NCBI GenBank assembly: GCA_000092065.1
Contig: CP000583.1
Length of the DNA stretch: 64,000 bases
Origin: Ostreococcus lucimarinus
Taxonomy: Eukaryota
Reading direction: 5' to 3' (one strand)
Below are positions 58,325 to 64,000 of the stretch, piece after piece. Positions within the stretch are counted from its first letter, which is position 1; every line of letters starts with the position of its first letter. The notes beneath the pieces were generated by a model that was not told the DNA's origin, did no database searches, and saw only the letters and a list, made by a program, of their open reading frames with translations. The position numbers and the translations under genes are program-made.

Positions 58325-59650
58325 ATGGCGGACGCGCGACGGAGGCGCGATGTATGCGCGACGACGCGCGCGGGCGGGCGACGCGAACGACGCGGCGGGC
58401 GGTCAGACGGCCGGGAATGGGTCGGGACGGCGTCGGGACGACGACGCGCGACGCGCGAGGACGACGCGGAGACGCGGACGCGAACGCGAGGATGGGTGAT
58501 TCGCGACGCGCGCGCGCGTGCGACGGCGGTGACGTCGTCGACGTCGATGGGGACGGCGGGAGGGGCGGGCGCGGGCGCGGGCGGGCGGCGGTGGAGGTTT
58601 TTGGCGGCGGCGGCGACGCGCGCGGCGGCGACGAAGGCGGCGACGGGACGCGGCGCGACGCGCAAGGCGAACGGGGGGGGCGCGAAGCCGCGGCGGCGAG
58701 AGAAAAAGTTGTCGAGGAAGGAAGAGGCGGGTCGGCGGTTGGCGAGCGGGACGCTGGCGACGGTGTGCGTGCGCACGGTGCTCGCGCCGCTGGAGAGGGT
58801 GAAGATTGAGTACCTGTTGAATCGCAGCGCGCTCAAGCTCGAGGCCATGGTGGGGGGGATATTGCGCACCGAAGGCGCGCTCGGATTTTGGAAAGGGAAC
58901 ATGCTCAACATCGCGCGCACGGCGCCGTTCAAGGCGATCAACTTTTGTGCGTTCGACACGTATCGCGAAATCGTCAACCGCACTTTTCCCGAGGGCAGCG
59001 ACGCGAGGAAAATCGGCTTGGTGTGCGCTGGCGCGGGGGCGGGAATGACGGCGGTCGTCACGTGTTTTCCCATGGATGTTTTGCGCACGAGACTGCTCAC
59101 GACGGGTGGGAAGGAAAAGTACGGCTCGTTCTTCGCGTGCGTGAAGATGATGTACCGACAAGAGGGCGCGAGCACGTTTTATCGCGGCATCACGCCGGCG
59201 CTCGTGTCCATGGTTCCGAACGCGGCGGTGTATTATAGCGTCTACGACGGGTTAAAGAACCGCAGATTAGCCCAACTCAACGCAGAGCTCGCGGCGACGC
59301 GGAAGAAGAGCGGATCGAAACAAGCAGAGGAAAATTCTGTGAAAAACATCGAGCAAAAGAACATGATGCTGTACGGCGCCGTCGCGGGCGTCGCCTCGGA
59401 AGCGTCGACGTACCCATTCGAGGTCATCCGTCGGCGAATGCAAATGCAAAGCGGTCGATCGTCCACCGCCATGGTGTTCGGTCGAAAAGCGCTCCTGAGT
59501 ATGGCCACGACGCTTCGCTCCGTCGCGCGCGAATCCGGCTTGAAGAGCCTCTACGCCGGTCTCGGTCCGAGTTGCGTGCAAGTTCTCCCATCCGCCGCGC
59601 TCGGGTACTACACGTACGAGATGTTCAAGCTGCTGTTAGAAGTAGATTAA
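58325..59650 (+). CDS. Mitochondrial carrier family (SLC25) protein, Brittle1/CoA-adenine nucleotide carrier-like.
   Basis: Three carrier repeats: PLERVKIEYLL, PMDVLRTRLL, PFEVIRRRMQM. The Arg/Gly-rich N-terminal ~110 aa may be a presequence. The ATG at 58547 is an alternative start. AATAAA at 59697. Confidence 0.6.
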   Translation: MADARRRRDVCATTRAGGRRERRGGRSDGREWVGTASGRRRATREDDAETRTRTRGWVIRDARARATAVTSSTSMGTAGGAGAGAGGRRWRFLAAAATRAAATKAATGRGATRKANGGGAKPRRREKKLSRKEEAGRRLASGTLATVCVRTVLAPLERVKIEYLLNRSALKLEAMVGGILRTEGALGFWKGNMLNIARTAPFKAINFCAFDTYREIVNRTFPEGSDARKIGLVCAGAGAGMTAVVTCFPMDVLRTRLLTTGGKEKYGSFFACVKMMYRQEGASTFYRGITPALVSMVPNAAVYYSVYDGLKNRRLAQLNAELAATRKKSGSKQAEENSVKNIEQKNMMLYGAVAGVASEASTYPFEVIRRRMQMQSGRSSTAMVFGRKALLSMATTLRSVARESGLKSLYAGLGPSCVQVLPSAALGYYTYEMFKLLLEVD

Positions 59651-59696
59651 TTCGTCACAGGATCGTTCGCGCGACGATCTGACGATAGATTATTTT

Positions 59697-59702
59697 AATA
59701 AA
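59697..59702 (+). terminator. AATAAA polyadenylation-signal-like motif, 47 nt after the mitochondrial carrier stop.
   Basis: gatagattattttAATAAAaacaggcgcc. Confidence 0.4.
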
Positions 59703-59759
59703 AACAGGCGCCGAGGACGCGACCGACGGCGCCGCCCTCCACACCGCGACGCGCTCGAC

Positions 59760-60482
59760 ATGTCCGCGCAGTTCACGCGCGCGGGCGACCCGAACGATGA
59801 CCGCGGTCCGTCGATGATGGTGCGACACGCCGAGCAGCGCGCGCGCGAGGCGGCGGCGAACGCCGACCGGTACCTACGCGAGACGTTCCCGAGAGCGAAC
59901 GCGACGACGCTGGCGCTGGCGCTCAAAGAGTTCAACAACGACGTCGCGCTGGCGAAGGACGCGTTGAAGGAGTTCTTCGAAGAGGAAGACGGAGGCGGTG
60001 GGCGAGGACGGCGACGGGGACGGGGACGAGGCGGGGAGGAGGACGCGCGACGCGACGGAAAGCGACGGCGCCGCGACAAAAAGGAGAAGCGAGAGAAGGA
60101 TAGAAAGCACAAGCGCAAACACAGGCGACGCTCGCGTTCGCGTTCGCGTTCGCGTTCGCGCGAGAGATGGCGCGAGCGACGACGGGACGAAGAGGCGGCG
60201 CCGCGACGCGCGTTCGGTAACGACGAAGAGGAGCGCCGAGCCGAGCTCGCGGAGGCTCGCAAGAAAGACGAAGAGGCGAGACAGAAAGAGATCGTCGCCA
60301 GACTTCGCGCGCACGGCGACGTGAGCGTGATGCGCGAGCAAGAGATACTTCGCCAGAAGTTGCAAATCGCCCATCGCGTCGGCGACGCGAGCGAAGCGGA
60401 ACGCATCAAGGCTTTGCTGTCAGTCGACGACGCGCTCGCGAAAGCCGCGAAGAGTAACTACGGCTTTCGACCCGGAGATTGA
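59760..60482 (+). CDS. Arg/Ser-, Arg/Glu-rich protein with a CUE/UBA-like N-terminal helix bundle (hypothetical RS-domain protein).
   Basis: 240 aa from ATG 59760. N-terminus: ANADRYLRETFPRANATTLALALKEFNNDVALAKDALKEF. Middle: KRRRRDKKEKREKDRKHKRKHRRRSRSRSRSRSRERWRERRRDEE, encoded by a (CGCGTT)5 repeat at 60133-60160. Confidence 0.45.
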   Translation: MSAQFTRAGDPNDDRGPSMMVRHAEQRAREAAANADRYLRETFPRANATTLALALKEFNNDVALAKDALKEFFEEEDGGGGRGRRRGRGRGGEEDARRDGKRRRRDKKEKREKDRKHKRKHRRRSRSRSRSRSRERWRERRRDEEAAPRRAFGNDEEERRAELAEARKKDEEARQKEIVARLRAHGDVSVMREQEILRQKLQIAHRVGDASEAERIKALLSVDDALAKAAKSNYGFRPGD

Positions 60483-60540
60483 TCGCGCCGCGCGCGCGTT
60501 TTAGGAAAACTACGCTACTAGATACATTAATCACATTTCG

Positions 60541-61218
60541 CTACCGTAGTCGAGACGCCTTCGCCTTCGTCGTCGTCGCCGCGAGACGCGGATCGAGCCC
60601 CAAAACATCCCCCAAGACGACGTACGCGCACGCCGCGCACGCCCCGACGAGGTGTCCTATCTCGATCCCTCGCAACACGCTGTTCGGCCACGCGAGCCAC
60701 GCGCGCTCCCAATCCAGCGCCGTCGCGCACGCGCCGCACCACGCCCCCGCCGCGCTCCCGAGCGCCGCCGCTCGCGCGCTCGCCTCCCTCGCCGTTCGCG
60801 CGCGCCCGTCCACGAACACCCGCTTCACGTCTTCCCCGTACGTTCGCAACGCTTCCTTCACCGTCTTCTCGTCACCGTCGCCGTCGTCGCGCGCGAGCGC
60901 GAACGCCGTCGTCGTCGTCGCGCTCAGCGCGCGCGCCGCCCGCCACGTCCCGCGCGCCGTCTCCGCCGCCGCGCGCGCGCCCGCGCCGAGCGCGCTTCCC
61001 GCGAACGCCCCGGCCGCGACGAACCACGCGCACGCGCCCAGGACGTGCGCGACGCCCGCGACGACGCCCGCGACGCGCGCGTCCTCGACGCCGCGAACCG
61101 TCATCGCGCGTCCCGCGACGCGCGCCGCCATCACCGCGCGCGTCGCGTCGACGCGCGACGCGCGACGCACCGCGAGCGCCGCCGTCTCGATCGCGCACGC
61201 GACGGTCTCGCGCCGCAT
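60541..61218 (-). CDS. Small Gly/Ala-rich hydrophobic membrane protein (hypothetical, ~225 aa).
   Basis: C-terminal portion of track ORF 60541-62361, taken from the internal ATG at 61218: MRRETVACAIETAALAV...VAGVVAGVAHVLGACAWFVAAGAFAGSALGAGA...GSAAGAWCGACATALDWERAWLAWPNSVLRGIEIGHLVGACAACAYVVLGDVLGLD... The rest of that ORF is antisense to the SBNO gene. It sits head-to-head with SBNO, 81 bp apart. Confidence 0.35.
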   Translation of the reverse strand: MRRETVACAIETAALAVRRASRVDATRAVMAARVAGRAMTVRGVEDARVAGVVAGVAHVLGACAWFVAAGAFAGSALGAGARAAAETARGTWRAARALSATTTTAFALARDDGDGDEKTVKEALRTYGEDVKRVFVDGRARTAREASARAAALGSAAGAWCGACATALDWERAWLAWPNSVLRGIEIGHLVGACAACAYVVLGDVLGLDPRLAATTTKAKASRLR

Positions 61219-61299
61219 CGCGCGCGCGTCGCGCGGTGCCGCGGTGCCTCGAATTTCAAGCGTCGCGTCAAACGTCGTCGCGCGTTCGACGCGCGCGCG

Positions 61300-64000
61300 A
61301 TGCGCGCGGCGCCGGGCGACGACGAGGTGATGCGCGACTACGTCCAGCGCCTGGCGGCGCGGCAGATGGAGGCGCGACGCGAGCGGAAACCGCGCGCGCC
61401 GCGAAGAGAGCGCGCGCGCGTCGTCGACGCGGCTCGACCGCGAGACGAGGAGGACGACGCGCGACGACGCGTCGACGCGCTGGACGCGAGCGGTGCGGAC
61501 GGCGAGGGCGACGCGAGGGACGCGGAGTACGAGCGGTACGCGCCGACGCACGGAACGATCGCGGGAGGACCGCATCCGGATCCGGTGGTGGAGACGGGAA
61601 CGCTGGCCAAGGTGGCGCCGCCGAAGCCGACGTACGAACACGGGATACGGGATCTGTGCGACAGCGGTGGACTGAGCGCGCTGCAGATGGAGTGCGTGAC
61701 GTACGCGTGCATGCGACACGAGCAGAGACTGCCGGGAGAGCGAAATGAAAGGGCGGGATTTTTCTTGGGAGACGGCGCGGGCGTGGGGAAGGGACGACAG
61801 ATCGCGGGATTGGTGTACGAACACGTGCGACGGGGAGGGAGACGGGTGCTGTGGGTGAGCACGAGCGCGGATTTGAGGTACGACGCCGAGCGGGATTTGA
61901 ACGATTTGAACGCGAAACCAAAGGTTGAGGTGATTCCTAAAAATACCGCGGCGATGCCGCGCGGAGACTTGAGCGAGCACCTCGACTCGGGCGTCGTGTT
62001 TTCCACGTACTCTTTGCTCACGCAGGGCACGGCGAAAGTCAAGAAGGACAAGTATTCGAACAATGACGAGATTCTGAAGATGATCACCAAGAACAGCCGA
62101 CTGGAGCAGTTTGTGACGTGGCTCAAGGAGGATGAGCGCGGGCCGCTCATAGTTTTTGACGAATGTCACAAGGCCAAGAACTTGTACAACTCGGGTGGCA
62201 AACCGACCAAGACCGCTTTGTGTGTGGTGGCGCTGCAACTCGCGATTCCGGACGCGCGTGTGCTGTATTGCTCCGCCACCGGCGCGAGCGAACCGAGGAA
62301 TTTGGGCTACATGACGCGCCTGGGTCACTTTGGATGGGCCGACACATTCGACATGTTGCAAAAGCTCGAGAGCGCGGGTCTGGGTGCGTTGGAGATGTTC
62401 GCGTGCGGGCTCAAGGCCACGGGAAGCTATCTTTGTAGGACGCTTTCGTACGAGCAGGCGGAGTTTGAACTCGTCGATTGTCCGATTTCGGAAGAGTTGA
62501 AAATGATGTACAATCGTAGCACCGAGTTGTGGGTCTTGTTCAAAAAAGTTGACGAAGCGATTTCCAAGTTACGCGGCATGGGCGGTGAAGAGTGGGTGAC
62601 CGCGAACGAGAAGAGCGCCAAAGCGCTCAACAGATTGTTTTGGGCGACGCACCAGCGATTTTACCGTCAGATGTTGCTATGCGCAAAAGTTCCTGAACTC
62701 GCGAAGCTCGCTCGAAAAGCCGTCACGCAGGAAAACTTGGCTGTTGTGATCGGACTTCAGAGCACTGGTGAAGCCAGCCTCACGCGCATGGCTGACGAAG
62801 CGAACGATGAAGATGACGAAGACTTCGTCAGCTCTCCCGCTGAGATGCTCACGAACTATCTCAAGAACAATTTCCCCACAACTTCGTGCCGCGCGTCTGC
62901 GAACAACGCCAGACTTTGGGACACTGTTTTGGCCGATGTTGTGCGCGTCGTCAACACGTGGTGCTCGCAAGAAACCATCGTCGAAGTGCTTGGTCGTAAT
63001 CCGCTTGATGACAACGTCCCAGCTGCGAACGCGGTTGGTGCCGCGGCGAGGGATGATGACATCGAAGTCGTGCATGAGAAAGGGCTGGACGAGGTGCTCG
63101 CCGAGCGCTTAGAGGCGGCCAAACTCGCCGGCAACTTTCTAGATTTGACGGATGACGACATCGAACGACGCGCGCGAAATGGGGTCAACGAGGCTCAGAT
63201 ACGCGATCTCGAGCGCATGGAGGAAGCAAACGCTGCGAATGAGCAGGCGCGACGAGATCGTCTGATTGCTGAGGAACGTCAGCTGGCAGAGTTGAATCGT
63301 CGACGCGTTGAAGAAGCTTTGGCCGCGGCGCCGTCGCCGAGTTCGAACGATGAAAATTTGCCGCCTCCGATGAGTCCACCGCCAGAACGACAAGCGCTCG
63401 TGGAAAATCGTCAGCAGATTTCACAGTCGGGAAATAAGAGATCTTCTCGGAGCGATGATGGTTCGGATCTGCCGCCCAATCCGCGACAGAAGGTTGCCGG
63501 CGCAATTCGCGACGTCGACATCATCGAGATAGACCTTACTTCTTCAGATGATGAGTCGCGAGATGCTTTCAATTCAAGTGTGCAGAAACGTCGAGAAGAG
63601 TTCGCGCGCAACGGTCAGATACTCAGTGGTGCCGCGCATACTATGGATATTCCGGCGCCGGCTCGTCCCGACGCTCCCGTCGCTTCTGGCTCTGGGATGC
63701 ACTTTTCCCGGGCAAACGCGCCTGATCCGCCCAAACCGGCCGTGAACGCTCTTGAACGACTACGCCGTTTCGTTCCAGCAGATCACGCTCCACCGCGCGA
63801 CGCGCCTCGCGCGAATGCAGGTGTTGTCCGAGTGAAACCCGAGCCTGTTCAAGGAGATCGCCGCCGCGCCGCCGCGCCGGTGAACCTTAAGGACGAGTTC
63901 GCCAACGCAGACGCGGAAGATTCAGACAGCGACGGCGCGCGAGAAGAGCTCTCGGATATGGACGAACCATTACCTGACGATGACGTCGAAAACCAGCATC
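61300..64000 (+). CDS. SBNO: Strawberry notch (SBNO)-family helicase-like protein, partial. It runs off the window end.
   Basis: From ATG 61300 the frame is open to position 64000. GTLAKVAPPKPTYEHGIRDLCDSGGLSALQMECVTYACMRHEQRLPGERNERAGFFLGDGAGVGKGRQIAGLV...VLWVSTSADLRYDAERDLNDL...LIVFDECHKAKN...VLYCSATGASEPRNLGYMTRLGHFG matches the SBNO N-terminal AAA/helicase region. The C-terminal part is acidic and low-complexity. Confidence 0.7.
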   Translation, partial: MRAAPGDDEVMRDYVQRLAARQMEARRERKPRAPRRERARVVDAARPRDEEDDARRRVDALDASGADGEGDARDAEYERYAPTHGTIAGGPHPDPVVETGTLAKVAPPKPTYEHGIRDLCDSGGLSALQMECVTYACMRHEQRLPGERNERAGFFLGDGAGVGKGRQIAGLVYEHVRRGGRRVLWVSTSADLRYDAERDLNDLNAKPKVEVIPKNTAAMPRGDLSEHLDSGVVFSTYSLLTQGTAKVKKDKYSNNDEILKMITKNSRLEQFVTWLKEDERGPLIVFDECHKAKNLYNSGGKPTKTALCVVALQLAIPDARVLYCSATGASEPRNLGYMTRLGHFGWADTFDMLQKLESAGLGALEMFACGLKATGSYLCRTLSYEQAEFELVDCPISEELKMMYNRSTELWVLFKKVDEAISKLRGMGGEEWVTANEKSAKALNRLFWATHQRFYRQMLLCAKVPELAKLARKAVTQENLAVVIGLQSTGEASLTRMADEANDEDDEDFVSSPAEMLTNYLKNNFPTTSCRASANNARLWDTVLADVVRVVNTWCSQETIVEVLGRNPLDDNVPAANAVGAAARDDDIEVVHEKGLDEVLAERLEAAKLAGNFLDLTDDDIERRARNGVNEAQIRDLERMEEANAANEQARRDRLIAEERQLAELNRRRVEEALAAAPSPSSNDENLPPPMSPPPERQALVENRQQISQSGNKRSSRSDDGSDLPPNPRQKVAGAIRDVDIIEIDLTSSDDESRDAFNSSVQKRREEFARNGQILSGAAHTMDIPAPARPDAPVASGSGMHFSRANAPDPPKPAVNALERLRRFVPADHAPPRDAPRANAGVVRVKPEPVQGDRRRAAAPVNLKDEFANADAEDSDSDGAREELSDMDEPLPDDDVENQH

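Noticed and set aside
57199-58809. 536-aa plus-strand Arg-rich ORF, and the 361-aa minus-strand ORF 58090-59175, between the STN kinase and the carrier gene.
   Set aside because: Both are low-complexity. They overlap the kinase N-terminus (antisense) and the carrier presequence in shifted frames. The region more plausibly holds the two promoters and a GC-rich presequence.
1-64000. Prokaryote-style signals: CRISPR arrays, tRNA or rRNA genes, transposases, integrases, reverse transcriptases or toxin-antitoxin pairs.
   Set aside because: No direct-repeat/spacer arrays, tRNA cloverleaf candidates, or transposase, RT or integrase motifs were seen. All confident genes are eukaryotic nuclear housekeeping or organelle-targeted proteins with AATAAA signals.

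Overview
This window reads as GC-rich, gene-dense eukaryotic nuclear DNA. Coding cores are moderately GC-rich, while intergenic regions and N-terminal extensions are extremely CG-rich. There are nuclear AATAAA signals 20-35 nt after several stop codons and at least one short GT-AG intron. About 35 protein genes fit in 64 kb on alternating strands, often head-to-head with 25-160 bp between start codons. I found no rRNA, tRNA, CRISPR or mobile element.

The gene content points to a photosynthetic eukaryote, probably a small green alga, though that is inference only. It includes an STN7/STN8-type thylakoid kinase, a nuclear CemA-like DLDG1/FLAP1-type protein, MSH1 with a C-terminal GIY-YIG domain, and a VPS13 carrying plant-type PxGY repeats.

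Recognisable genes, left to right:
- a partial giant VPS13 gene on the minus strand, running off the window start
- a DnaJ protein
- an MMADHC-like cobalamin-trafficking fragment
- MSH1
- an ABCF (GCN20-like) ATPase
- cysteinyl-tRNA synthetase
- an M3 oligoendopeptidase
- a Kelch/CCCH/CCHC protein
- a PPTC7-like PP2C phosphatase with a SAP motif
- a secreted protein whose two overlapping ORFs are joined by a predicted 55-nt intron
- a CBS-pair protein
- an LRR protein
- a hidden 72-aa COA5/PET191 twin-Cx9C gene
- a GNAT acetyltransferase
- coiled-coil proteins
- a CemA-like protein
- delta-COP
- TFIIE-beta
- Nop53
- MnmE/GTPBP3
- Sec63
- a NYN-domain protein
- RPL12
- the STN-family kinase
- a mitochondrial carrier
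- an RS-rich protein
- a partial Strawberry-notch helicase running off the window end

Many long ORFs in the supplied track are Arg/Ala-rich antisense or frame-shadow artefacts of GC-rich coding sequence. The track also uses GTG/TTG starts, so I moved several starts to the first ATG. I see no prokaryote-style defence or biosynthetic system. The points most worth a second look are:
- the hidden COA5 gene
- the predicted short introns
- the ultra-short bidirectional promoters
- the truncated MMADHC-like ORF
- unusual domain combinations: Kelch with CCCH and CCHC, and an STN kinase with a long repetitive tail

All calls rest on by-eye translation and remembered family motifs. No searches were run.
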